Source: a virus (Duplodnaviria; Caudoviricetes). From it: a DNA stretch of 64,000 nucleotides. The notes under the pieces were generated by a model. It worked only from the letters and a program-made list of their open reading frames with translations. It ran no database searches and had not been told where the DNA came from. The DNA lies in IMG/VR virus record IMGVR_UViG_3300029319_000001; one strand, 5' to 3'. Below, in pieces: positions 17,900 through 26,789 of this stretch (positions are counted from its first letter, which is position 1; each line of letters starts with the position of its first letter). The translations under genes and the position numbers were made by a program.

Positions 17900-18664
17900 A
17901 TGCCAGTAAAAAGAACTCGTAATAAGAAAACAGACAAACAAGTTGGTGCTGGTTTGACTGCCAAACAAATGAGAAGGAAGAAACCTATTAATAGTGATCT
18001 TCTTGTAAATATTAAACCTTTGACACCTAATCAAGAAATTCTTTTCAATGATTATGCAAGAGGCAAAAATATTTTTACTTATGGTGCTGCAGGTACAGGA
18101 AAGACCTTTATCGTTCTCTATAATGCCATTAAAGATGTATTAAATGAACTTACACCATATACTAAGGTTTACATTGTTCGTAGTCTTGTATCGACCAGAG
18201 AGATAGGTTTCTTGCCAGGTGATCATGAGGACAAATCATTCCTTTATCAGATTCCTTATAAGAATATGGTAAAGTATATGTTTGAGATGCCTACAGATCA
18301 AGATTTTGAAATGTTATATGCTAATCTTAAGCAACAAGAAACTGTCTCGTTCTGGTCTACCTCATTTCTAAGAGGAACTACATTTGATGATGCTATCATC
18401 ATAATAGATGAATGTCAAAACTTGAATTTTCATGAATTAGATAGTATAATAACAAGAGTGGGTGAAAACTGTAGAATTCATTTCTGCGGTGACGCTGCAC
18501 AAACTGACCTTATAAAACAGAATGAAAAGAATGGAATCCTTGATTTCATGAAAATCCTTGAACAAATGGAATCTTTCTCTATGATTGAATTTGATGTTGA
18601 TGACATTGTTCGCTCTGGACTCTGTAAGGAATATTTGAAGACTAAATTAGCACTTAATATGTAA
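17900..18664 (+). CDS. phoH: PhoH-family ATPase
   Basis: GAAGTGKT Walker A, IGFLPG, FLRGTTF, IIDECQN, GDAAQTDL, IVRSGL. Confidence 0.95.
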   Translation: MPVKRTRNKKTDKQVGAGLTAKQMRRKKPINSDLLVNIKPLTPNQEILFNDYARGKNIFTYGAAGTGKTFIVLYNAIKDVLNELTPYTKVYIVRSLVSTREIGFLPGDHEDKSFLYQIPYKNMVKYMFEMPTDQDFEMLYANLKQQETVSFWSTSFLRGTTFDDAIIIIDECQNLNFHELDSIITRVGENCRIHFCGDAAQTDLIKQNEKNGILDFMKILEQMESFSMIEFDVDDIVRSGLCKEYLKTKLALNM

Positions 18665-19341
18665 TGTTTAATCATGTACCTGTAATCCTCCCTCCACTGG
18701 AGAGAGAGACTGTTGATGGTGTTCGATATTATCAAGTTCCTGATAATGATGAACTACTAAAATTAGTTTCTATTACTTCAGTAACCTCTTTTTATAATAG
18801 AGCAAAGTTTGCTTCTTGGAGAAAAAAGATTGGTGAAGAAAAAGCTAATGAAATTACTGCGAAAGCAACATCTCGTGGTACTGACATGCATACTCTTACC
18901 GAACACTATCTTCTTAATGAAGAACTTCCAGATGTTCCACCACTACCAGAATTTCTGTTTAAGATAGCAAAACCAGAACTGAATAAAATTGATAATATTC
19001 ACGCATTAGAAGGTTCTCTCTTTAGTAAAGAATTAGGTGTTGCAGGTACAGTTGATTGCATAGCAGAACATGATGGTGAATTAGCAGTTATTGACTTTAA
19101 GACTTCTAAAGCACCTAAACCAAGAAAATGGATTGAAGGTTATTTTGTTCAAGCAATGGCATATGCTGCTATGTACTATGAACAAACTGGCACAATTGCT
19201 AAAAAACTTGTTATAATAATGGCGTGTGAGGATGGCACTTGTAAAGTATATGAAGAGCGTAATAAGAAGAAATATATGAAATTACTTGTACATTACATTA
19301 GAAACTTTTTAGACTTTCAAATAGAATTAAATGGAAAATGA
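18664..19341 (+). CDS. Exonuclease, PD-(D/E)XK family
   Basis: SRGTDMH, AGTVDCIA, IDFKTS, YFVQ..AY. Confidence 0.85.
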   Translation: MFNHVPVILPPLERETVDGVRYYQVPDNDELLKLVSITSVTSFYNRAKFASWRKKIGEEKANEITAKATSRGTDMHTLTEHYLLNEELPDVPPLPEFLFKIAKPELNKIDNIHALEGSLFSKELGVAGTVDCIAEHDGELAVIDFKTSKAPKPRKWIEGYFVQAMAYAAMYYEQTGTIAKKLVIIMACEDGTCKVYEERNKKKYMKLLVHYIRNFLDFQIELNGK

Positions 19342-19585
19342 ATTAACCAAAGCATTAGATAAAAAATTCATGAATGCTGCCAAGTTTTCTCTTGAAGTAG
19401 AGAAACTTGTGTTAGAAGAAAAAGTAAATTATATCGATGCTATAGTTCTGTTTTGTGAGAAAAATAGCATTGAAGTTGACTCTGTTACTAAGTTAATTTC
19501 TAAACCACTAAAGGAGAAATTAAAGGCAGATGCAATTAATCTTAATTTCATGAAAAAGACCACTCGTGCCAAACTACCCTTATAA
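19331..19585 (+). CDS. gp33: Late transcription coactivator gp33
   Basis: YIDAIVLFCEKNSIE...KLISKPLKEKLK.DA..LNF. Confidence 0.9.
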   Translation: MENELTKALDKKFMNAAKFSLEVEKLVLEEKVNYIDAIVLFCEKNSIEVDSVTKLISKPLKEKLKADAINLNFMKKTTRAKLPL

Positions 19586-19588
19586 ATA
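19581..19588 (+). promoter_or_regulatory. T4 late promoter
   Basis: TATAAATA 9 nt before the ATG at 19597. Confidence 0.7.
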
Positions 19589-19596
19589 CTAGTATT

Positions 19597-19926
19597 ATGT
19601 CTGATTTCTTTGCATCAGAGCAAGTTCAAGAATCTATAACTGAGATCAATAGAATGCAAGAAGAGATCTATTCAAAGATCTTTGCATTTGAGAGATTGTC
19701 TCATAAAGAGAAGATGGAACATGTTGACCAATTAGAAATTCTTTTGGATAAGCAAAGAAATTTTTACATGAGATTGAAACTATCTGATGATCCTCGTGCT
19801 AAGGATATGATGGAACAAATTCATCAATCTGCACAATTAGTAGGTTTTCCTAAAGATGTTAATCCTGACCTCTTGTTTAAAAACATGCAGGATACTCTAG
19901 CAAACCTTCGCAAGAATTTTAGTTGA
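19597..19926 (+). CDS. DUF1825-like conserved protein
   Basis: FFASEQVQ...RLKLSDDP.A. Confidence 0.6.
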   Translation: MSDFFASEQVQESITEINRMQEEIYSKIFAFERLSHKEKMEHVDQLEILLDKQRNFYMRLKLSDDPRAKDMMEQIHQSAQLVGFPKDVNPDLLFKNMQDTLANLRKNFS

Positions 19927-19951
19927 CATGGGAGCACTGTCGCCCTATAAT
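19923..19951 (+). promoter_or_regulatory. Consensus sigma70 promoter for gp32
   Basis: TTGACA-N17-TATAAT. Confidence 0.85.
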
Positions 19952-19961
19952 AGACCAGTAC

Positions 19962-19992
19962 AAAAGCCAAATCTAATAAAAAGCCAAATCTA
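19962..19992 (+). repeat. Direct repeat in the gp32 leader
   Basis: AAAAGCCAAATCTA at 19962-75 and 19979-92, ending on the A of the ATG. Confidence 0.8.
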
Positions 19993-20876
19993 TGTCTTTT
20001 GCATCACTTAAAAAGCAATCATCACTCGGTTCTCTAACAGCAAAGCTTGTTAAAGAAGTCGAGAAGACCAACAAAACAGGTAACGGTGCCGATGACCGTC
20101 TTTGGAAACCAGAAGTTGACAAAGCAGGTAACGGTTACGCAGTTATTCGTTTTCTTCCTGCACCAGATAAGGAAGACCTTCCTTGGGCAAAACTGTATTC
20201 ACATGCATTCCAAGGTCCAGGTGGATGGTACATTGAAAATTCTTTAACTACCATCGGTGGTAAAGACCCTGTTTCAGAATACAATACTGAATTATGGAAT
20301 TCTGGTACTGACGCTAACAAGCAAATTGCCCGTAACCAAAAGCGTAAGTTATCATATTATACTAACATCTATGTTGTGAAAGATCCTTCCAACCCAGATA
20401 ACGAGGGAAAAGTTTTCCTTTATAAGTTTGGTAAGAAGATCTTCGATAAGATAATGGCAGCAATGCAACCTGAGTTTGAGGATGAATCCCCAATCAATCC
20501 TTTTGACTTCTGGCAAGGTGCTAACTTCAAAGTTAAGATCAAGAAAGTAGCAGGATACTGGAACTATGATAGTTCTGAATTCGCTGCTGTTTCTCCTCTT
20601 CTCGATGATGATAAAGCATTAGAAGAAATATGGAAGAAGGAATACTCACTCGCTGAGATTACCGATGCCTCTCAGTTCAAAACTTATGACGAACTGAAAA
20701 AGAGGTTTGATTATGTCCTTGGTAATAAAAAATCAACTGTAAGTCAAGCATTTGACGAAGAAGTTGCATCTGAGGAATTGCCACCAAGACCCGAAGAGGA
20801 GGTAGCTACTAGTTTTAGTGAATCTGATGAGGGCGATGACGCACTTTCATACTTCCAGCGTTTAGCTGAAGAATAA
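19992..20876 (+). CDS. gp32: Single-stranded DNA-binding protein gp32
   Basis: DDRLWKP, AVIRFLPAP, GPGGWYIEN, FGKKIFDKI, NYDSSEF, acidic tail. Confidence 0.97.
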   Translation: MSFASLKKQSSLGSLTAKLVKEVEKTNKTGNGADDRLWKPEVDKAGNGYAVIRFLPAPDKEDLPWAKLYSHAFQGPGGWYIENSLTTIGGKDPVSEYNTELWNSGTDANKQIARNQKRKLSYYTNIYVVKDPSNPDNEGKVFLYKFGKKIFDKIMAAMQPEFEDESPINPFDFWQGANFKVKIKKVAGYWNYDSSEFAAVSPLLDDDKALEEIWKKEYSLAEITDASQFKTYDELKKRFDYVLGNKKSTVSQAFDEEVASEELPPRPEEEVATSFSESDEGDDALSYFQRLAEE

Positions 20877-20885
20877 GGTATAAAT

Positions 20886-20912
20886 AAAGGAGAGGACAAC
20901 CTCTCCTTTTTT
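20886..20912 (+). terminator. Intrinsic terminator after gp32, overlapped by late promoter TATAAATA at 20879-86
   Basis: AAAGGAGAGG-acaa-CCTCTCCTTTTTT. Confidence 0.85.
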
Positions 20913-20930
20913 GTTTTAACGATTAATTTA

Positions 20931-21089
20931 ATGGCTTATTCAGCAAATAGGTATGCAGTAACCTTTAATTTAGGTTCTGAAACTAGAAAAGTAGAAATGT
21001 ATGCAGAGGACGATACAAAGGCAAGATCTAGAGTTCTGCAATTATTTCCAGACGCAACAAGTATAGTACCATCTACTTTAACTGACTAA
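20931..21089 (+). CDS. 52-aa hypothetical protein
   Basis: MAYSANRYAVTF...YAEDDTKARSRVLQLFPDA. Confidence 0.6.
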   Translation: MAYSANRYAVTFNLGSETRKVEMYAEDDTKARSRVLQLFPDATSIVPSTLTD

Positions 21090-21091
21090 TC

Positions 21092-21496
21092 ATGGCAAGA
21101 GATAAGGTCATTGTCTACAATGGATCTGATGGTTTTTGTCGTGTAGTTATTCCATCAGAGCAATGCGTTTTGTCTGACGAAGACATTATCGCAAAAGATA
21201 TTAGTGCTAGTGAATATTCACTGGTAGATAATAGTTCCTTACCTTCAAAGTATTGGAGAAATGCTTGGAAATATAACCATAGTTCAAAGGCAGTTGAAGT
21301 AGATATGGCATCTGCTAAAACTTTATGCCAACAAGAATTGGAAGCAAAATTTATATCTATAGCAAAAGAAAACGCAGATATACAGACTATAGCAGACATG
21401 AAGGGAGAGTCTGCATCACTTAAATCTAACCCTGCAGTTCCTTATTCAAGTATTACAGCAGCGACTACAGTTTCTGACTTAGATGCTCTACTTTAA
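21092..21496 (+). CDS. Hypothetical protein, possibly tail-associated
   Basis: LPSKYWRNAW motif; 134 aa. Confidence 0.55.
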   Translation: MARDKVIVYNGSDGFCRVVIPSEQCVLSDEDIIAKDISASEYSLVDNSSLPSKYWRNAWKYNHSSKAVEVDMASAKTLCQQELEAKFISIAKENADIQTIADMKGESASLKSNPAVPYSSITAATTVSDLDALL

Positions 21497-22137
21497 ACAA
21501 GATTATTAGTAGCAACTTTACCAGTGCTTCTCTTATATTGCGAAGAATTCTGATATTGTAATATATTTTTAGTATCATTAACGAGTGTGTTGAGGTATTC
21601 TCTTTTGACTACCCTGATCGCTCGTTTTTCATTGTTTTTTCTTGTCTCTACTAACCAGTTACTTACAGCAACAGTTGGATTAATTGTTTGAGTATAATTG
21701 TTTGGATCTTGGATAGTAAAATCTGGATCTACTACTAATTTGCCAGGTAATATTAATTTACCATCACTATTTTTAACTTCTGTAGTTTCATAGTGATGAA
21801 CTGCATTTAGATCTCCACCATATTTTTCATCAGCAAGATCCCAGAGTTTCCCTTCTGGTACTGGCCATTGATCTTCTACATTAATAATGTTGGCAGATAA
21901 TAAAACTACCCAGTCATATTTTGCACTTGCATATAAACCTTCTGCTATTGTATCAGGTCTTTCTCCATCATCTATTATATAATCATTAAAACTCAAAGCA
22001 AACTGAAATACCTCACTTTTGAGTCTTATTCTTTTAAAAAGATTTTTAACTTCAATATATTGATCCCTTTTTCCACCTTCTTTGAGTGGACTAAGGTATT
22101 TGAAGTTAGGTAATAGGTTAAAGTAAGATATTGACAT
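21493..22137 (-). CDS. gp53: Baseplate wedge subunit gp53
   Basis: YF..LPN..Y, GERPDTIA..LY, WVVLLSANI...QWP, HHYET. Confidence 0.88.
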   Translation of the reverse strand: MSISYFNLLPNFKYLSPLKEGGKRDQYIEVKNLFKRIRLKSEVFQFALSFNDYIIDDGERPDTIAEGLYASAKYDWVVLLSANIINVEDQWPVPEGKLWDLADEKYGGDLNAVHHYETTEVKNSDGKLILPGKLVVDPDFTIQDPNNYTQTINPTVAVSNWLVETRKNNEKRAIRVVKREYLNTLVNDTKNILQYQNSSQYKRSTGKVATNNLV

Positions 22138-23123
22138 TAGAAATCGATGTAAGATTCTTCATAATCATCTCTGTATATTGGTTCCAATTCAGTAAATGCT
22201 AAATCTAATTTCATATGAACTGGTGTACCATCTGCATATGTTGAGTACTGACCAGATCCAGTATAGTTAATTCCTACAGAGGTTAAAGCACATATCTTAA
22301 ATTTATTTAAGAAAGGATGTACATTACCTCCTTTTCTATAAGAAATTCTAAAAACATCAGGAGTGCTAAGAAATGCCATTTCACCACCTTTGAGTCTTTT
22401 AGGTGAGGAACGCATTTTTAACTGCAGAAACATTTCTTTTACTACTTTTGCTTCTTTTTTATCCCTAGGAGATATATCCCATCTAAATCCAAAAGGTCTT
22501 AATGATACACTATTAAAGAGTAGTTCTAAGTTTTGATTTATTATTTGACCTGACTGCCTTGCCATTATTTGATTAGCATTAATATTACTACCTACTGCTG
22601 CATTTATTACTGCAGATGCTGTTTTTGCTTTTACATATTGCTGTATACGAGTTGTATCAGAACTTGCTTTAGTTAAATCTTTTTGTAAACTCTCTCCTGC
22701 TTGAACAATACCATCTTTAAAAGTTTTAAATATATTTTCACTTCCATCTAAACCTTTTGGACTGAGAAACTGATCAACAGCACCAGCAGCAGCTCCTGTT
22801 AATGCATTCATATTTCCACCTTGCCAACCGATATTATTCTTTGATCCTATTCCATTAGGCACAGGAAGAATGAAATTTCTCTCTGACTTAGCAGATTTAA
22901 GTTTATTAAATGCTCCACCACCACTACTAAAACTAGGAGTTCCACCTGCTTTATATTCAAGTGCTTCTATTAAAAAGTAGTCGGTCTCAGCATCCATAAT
23001 ATCATATGGATATCTAAGTATATAACTATTTGCTTGATCAGAACTACCTGATGGACTGGATAATCCATTAAATAGTGCATTTTTACCAAACTTTAGTCCC
23101 TTTTTTATTAAGCCAAGAGGCAT
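22137..23123 (-). CDS. gp48: Baseplate tail-tube cap gp48
   Basis: NQNLELLFNSV.LRPF.F, PDVF.I.Y, CALTSV..NYT, PV...L.L.F.E; late promoter on minus strand at 23143-50. Confidence 0.82.
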   Translation of the reverse strand: MPLGLIKKGLKFGKNALFNGLSSPSGSSDQANSYILRYPYDIMDAETDYFLIEALEYKAGGTPSFSSGGGAFNKLKSAKSERNFILPVPNGIGSKNNIGWQGGNMNALTGAAAGAVDQFLSPKGLDGSENIFKTFKDGIVQAGESLQKDLTKASSDTTRIQQYVKAKTASAVINAAVGSNINANQIMARQSGQIINQNLELLFNSVSLRPFGFRWDISPRDKKEAKVVKEMFLQLKMRSSPKRLKGGEMAFLSTPDVFRISYRKGGNVHPFLNKFKICALTSVGINYTGSGQYSTYADGTPVHMKLDLAFTELEPIYRDDYEESYIDF

Positions 23124-23160
23124 GAGATATACTATTTTTACTTATTTATAGAGGCACACC

Positions 23161-23463
23161 TCAATCTCTCTGTCTCCAGTCGTCTGATCGTTTATCATTT
23201 CGGAACCAATCTGCAATATCGTCTGCTCCAGTGAAACCCCTTCTATGTTTCCTTGGATCGGAGTCTCCTATATCCAAGTACTTAAGAAAAGTCGAATCAT
23301 CATCCGTTTTTAATCTTCTTGCCGAACTTAACATTCCTCTTGCAGATGTATTCGCTTTTGATAACTTCTCTGCCCATATCATATCTTCTAATGGAACCTC
23401 CGTTCCTGCTGCTATTGATCTACAAATTGCTTCAAGTCGCAAACGATATTGAGTGGAAAGCAT
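23161..23463 (-). CDS. Conserved hypothetical protein
   Basis: DMIWAEKL and DDIADWF...DDWRQRD; late promoter on minus strand at 23486-93. Confidence 0.65.
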   Translation of the reverse strand: MLSTQYRLRLEAICRSIAAGTEVPLEDMIWAEKLSKANTSARGMLSSARRLKTDDDSTFLKYLDIGDSDPRKHRRGFTGADDIADWFRNDKRSDDWRQRD

Positions 23464-23488
23464 AAGGCATATATTAAATTTTTTTTAT

Positions 23489-23836
23489 TTATAGAGACAT
23501 TTTAAATTTAGCATAAGGTATAGACCTAGCATCTGCAATTTCACTAGATAAAACCACATGCATTTGCCCTAAAACTTCATCCCAAGTGTAATTTCTCATT
23601 GTTCCCCAGTGATAATTAAACCCCTTAAATCCCCATCTTTGCACTTCAGTACAGGCTATTAGAGGAAATTCATCATATCTAATGTTGGGTGTTTTTGCTC
23701 TGTATATAAAAGTATAGTAATTTCCTGGTTCGGGAACAATTTCAATATCTGTTAACGCTTCTGTAATCTTTAGCATGAGATCATCAGCATCTTCTAGACC
23801 TGTCATTTCATCAACTATAGGTTGTAATCTACTCAT
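23489..23836 (-). CDS. Conserved hypothetical protein
   Basis: YD.FPLI...GF.G.NYHW...RNYTW.E. Confidence 0.65.
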   Translation of the reverse strand: MSRLQPIVDEMTGLEDADDLMLKITEALTDIEIVPEPGNYYTFIYRAKTPNIRYDEFPLIACTEVQRWGFKGFNYHWGTMRNYTWDEVLGQMHVVLSSEIADARSIPYAKFKMSL

Positions 23837-24267
23837 ACCCCTAAATGATCCTCTGTTAAAATTTTAAAAGTTAAACTTCTATCAAGACAATATTCTTTTG
23901 CTGCTTTCCATTTTGCTTGATTCTTAGCATATTCATATACTTCACGGACATATGCTTTAGTTTTTCTCTTTTTAACTTGTGGTTCTATACACTGCTTCTT
24001 TGGTTTCACCTCTATAATATACTTTTTAATCTGACCAGTGTTCTCACGAACTTTAATATAAAAATCTGGAAAATACCTGTGAATACGGTTATCCAAAGGA
24101 CTACGATATGGGATAATTATCTCTTCACTACCCCATTCTAGTATGTTTGGATTCTTATCACAGTACTTCATAAACTTGCGTTCCCACAAACTACGATAAA
24201 TAATGTTTAGATGGTTCCCTCTATACTTTTCTATATTAATAGGTCTGAACTTACCTGAATAAGCCAT
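23833..24267 (-). CDS. gp4: Head completion nuclease gp4
   Basis: YRSLWE.KFM.YCD, W.SEE..IPY.SP.D...HRYFPDF, IEVKP, N.AKW.AA. Confidence 0.92.
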   Translation of the reverse strand: MAYSGKFRPINIEKYRGNHLNIIYRSLWERKFMKYCDKNPNILEWGSEEIIIPYRSPLDNRIHRYFPDFYIKVRENTGQIKKYIIEVKPKKQCIEPQVKKRKTKAYVREVYEYAKNQAKWKAAKEYCLDRSLTFKILTEDHLGV

Positions 24268-24295
24268 CGTACTATAACCTCTAAAGGTATTTATT

Positions 24296-25189
24296 GTGTC
24301 AAGAGACGGATCACCAAGAGTAAGAAGAATATCAGATGTTCTACCGTTGTTTACAAAAGTAGCAACGACTAATCATTATGAGTTATCATTTCCAGCAATG
24401 CCTTGGCAATTGTTGACCTATATTAAGTTAAAGAGTGAAGATACTATAGATAACGCATTTGTCTTCAGAGATCTAGGTTTATTGTGTAAAGGTGCAGCAT
24501 TACCTGGAACTGCATATGCTACAGCTCAGATTAATGGTAACTATATGGGTATTAATCAAAAGTATGCTCATACAAGAATATACACAGATGCATCATTTAC
24601 TTTCATGGTTGATGATGATTATAGAGTAATTAGATTCTTTGAACTATGGCAAGAATTTATATCAAGTGGATCAAGCACTATGAGAAATAGAAAAGCATAT
24701 TATCATAGAATGCAGTATCCTTCAGAATATAAGTGTGATACTTTAAATTTAAAGAAATTTGATAAGAATCATGGTAATAGTATAGATTATACTTTCCTAA
24801 ATTCATTTCCAGTTAATATCACTCCTGTTGCGGTTAATTACGATACAGCTCAAATCTTAGAAATATCGGTTTCATTTGCTTATGATAGATATTACTTTGG
24901 TAATCTTAGAAGACAAGATACTAGGACTAATCAAGGTAGTGGCAATCCCAACAACCCATATCCAGCTAGTTTCTTAGACCATGCAGGTAATGCTGTAGGT
25001 AATACTCCTACAACTGGTACCAGCGATCTCGCAAAAACTGGTAATTCAGGTGGTACTTCATATCCAGGATTAGAAAATGGTGACATTGTTCTTGATCCTA
25101 ATAAAGAATATAGTGATTCTGAGACAATGAAGATCCTTCTGACATCTCCAGATAATAATGGTGGTTTACCTAAAGAATATATCGCATAA
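24296..25189 (+). CDS. Tail-tube-fold protein (gp54/gp19-like baseplate-tube initiator)
   Basis: LCK.A.LPG, F..WQE.I, Y...N.FP.NI..V...YD, V.F.Y; position between gp4 and gp26. Confidence 0.65.
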   Translation: MSRDGSPRVRRISDVLPLFTKVATTNHYELSFPAMPWQLLTYIKLKSEDTIDNAFVFRDLGLLCKGAALPGTAYATAQINGNYMGINQKYAHTRIYTDASFTFMVDDDYRVIRFFELWQEFISSGSSTMRNRKAYYHRMQYPSEYKCDTLNLKKFDKNHGNSIDYTFLNSFPVNITPVAVNYDTAQILEISVSFAYDRYYFGNLRRQDTRTNQGSGNPNNPYPASFLDHAGNAVGNTPTTGTSDLAKTGNSGGTSYPGLENGDIVLDPNKEYSDSETMKILLTSPDNNGGLPKEYIA

Positions 25190-25223
25190 ATGTGTTATAA
25201 TATAAGGTAGTGTTTATTATTAT

Positions 25224-25910
25224 ATGGGACTTGCTAAAGATTTAAAAGTAGGAACTAAACAATCTCACTCTGCTGCAGAGAATACTAAGTTTGTTTCTTC
25301 CTTTCTTCGTGGTGTAGTAAACAAAGAAAAATATAGACAACTTGTTGCTAACTATTATTTCATATACCACACTATAGAGTCAGAGGTTAGAAGATTAAAA
25401 GATGATCCTCTCGTTGGATCTTTAGATATTAAAGAACTTTACCGTCATGATGCATTAGCAAAGGACTGTGAATACTTCTTTGGTGCTGACTGGAGAGATA
25501 ACATTTATCCTTCAAAAGCATGTCAACAATACATTGATCGTATTGGAAAGGTTGCCCATGAAGAACCAGAACTTCTCATAGGACATCATTATACAAGGTA
25601 TCTTGGAGATCTATCTGGTGGACAGATTCTTAAGAATATTGCAGAGAAAGCATTAAAGTTAACTGATGGAGGTCTAGACTTCTATGAGTTTCCTGATATA
25701 GAGAACAAAAAAGAATTTAAAAACACATATCGTGCTACACTAAATAAGATGCCTGTGACACAATCACAAGTGTCTGCTATCGTTACTGAAGCAAATTACG
25801 CATTTCGTTTAAATATGTTCATGTTTGATGAATTGGATGGTAATGCGTTTAAATCTGCAGTTGCTTACTTCTGCGGAGTACTTAGAGGAAATACTGATGC
25901 CATTACCTAA
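25224..25910 (+). CDS. ho1: Heme oxygenase
   Basis: GTKQSHSAAENT.FV..FL.G, LIGHHYTRYLGDLSGGQIL, FYEF, EAN.AF.LN. Confidence 0.95.
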   Translation: MGLAKDLKVGTKQSHSAAENTKFVSSFLRGVVNKEKYRQLVANYYFIYHTIESEVRRLKDDPLVGSLDIKELYRHDALAKDCEYFFGADWRDNIYPSKACQQYIDRIGKVAHEEPELLIGHHYTRYLGDLSGGQILKNIAEKALKLTDGGLDFYEFPDIENKKEFKNTYRATLNKMPVTQSQVSAIVTEANYAFRLNMFMFDELDGNAFKSAVAYFCGVLRGNTDAIT

Positions 25911-26610
25911 AATTGTTACCCCGACCTATACATTAACTATTCCTTCGTCGGGTAAAAAAATTACATATAGACCTTTCCTAGTCAAAGAAGAAAAAGTTCT
26001 TATCATGGCAATGGAAAGTGATAATATGGATCAAGTTGGTAGAGCAATTAAAGATGTTCTATCTGCATGTATCAATACTCGTGGAATTAGAGTAGATAAA
26101 TTATCCACATTTGACATTGAATATCTATTTCTTCATGTTCGTGGTAAATCTATTGGTGAAACTATTGAGGTCATGGCAACTTGCCCTGATGATGGTCAAA
26201 CTAAAGTTCCTGTAACAGTAAGTATTGATGAAATACAAGTTAAGATTGATCCAGAGCATAGTAAAGATATTAAATTAGATGAAAAGTTAACTCTTAGGAT
26301 GAGATATCCTTCTCTTACTGAGTTTGTTAATCAAAATTTTGGAGAAAAAGATCAAGTAACTGCATCATTTGATGTTATTGCTTCTTGTATAGACATGATT
26401 TATACAGATGAAGAAACATGGTCTGCAAAAGATCATTCTAAAAAAGAATGGGTTGCATTTGTAGAGACATTGCCATCAAATGCATTTAAGCAGGTAGAAA
26501 AGTTTTTCAATACCATGCCTAAATTAGAGCATACTGTTACAATTACTAATCCCAATACAAAGATGGAGAGCGATGTAAAGTTGGAGGGTTTAGCAGCTTT
26601 TTTCAGTTAG
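25897..26610 (+). CDS. gp26: Baseplate hub subunit gp26; true start MPLPK at 25897
   Basis: TPTY.L.IPS.GKKI.YRPFLVKEEK, FDIEYLFL.VRGKS.GE, MPKL, GL..FF. Confidence 0.88.
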   Translation: MPLPKIVTPTYTLTIPSSGKKITYRPFLVKEEKVLIMAMESDNMDQVGRAIKDVLSACINTRGIRVDKLSTFDIEYLFLHVRGKSIGETIEVMATCPDDGQTKVPVTVSIDEIQVKIDPEHSKDIKLDEKLTLRMRYPSLTEFVNQNFGEKDQVTASFDVIASCIDMIYTDEETWSAKDHSKKEWVAFVETLPSNAFKQVEKFFNTMPKLEHTVTITNPNTKMESDVKLEGLAAFFS

Positions 26611-26631
26611 CGATGTTGCACCAAGATATCG
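26583..26631 (+). promoter_or_regulatory. Putative -1 programmed ribosomal frameshift signal
   Basis: GGAGG 26583-87, 10 nt, T-TTT-TTC 26598-604, 6 nt, hairpin CGATGTT/GATATCG. Confidence 0.7.
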
Positions 26632-26789
26632 TGGCGTTTTATAAAATTAATTTCGCCTTGATGCAGCATCATAAATACAGTTTGAGTGATATCGAAAACA
26701 TGATTCCGTGGGAACGAGATATATACATTAATCTCCTCCAACAATATATTGAAGAAGAAAATCTAAAAAACCAACAAGCTAGAGGCTAA
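26613..26789 (+). CDS. gp51: gp51-like baseplate hub assembly chaperone segment (absent from ORF track)
   Basis: FYKINFALMQHHKYSLSDIENMIPWERDIYINLL. Confidence 0.85.
   Translation: MLHQDIVAFYKINFALMQHHKYSLSDIENMIPWERDIYINLLQQYIEEENLKNQQARG

Noticed and set aside
25825-25896. N-terminal extension of gp26
   Set aside because: Overlaps ho1; the family-typical start MPLPK is at 25897
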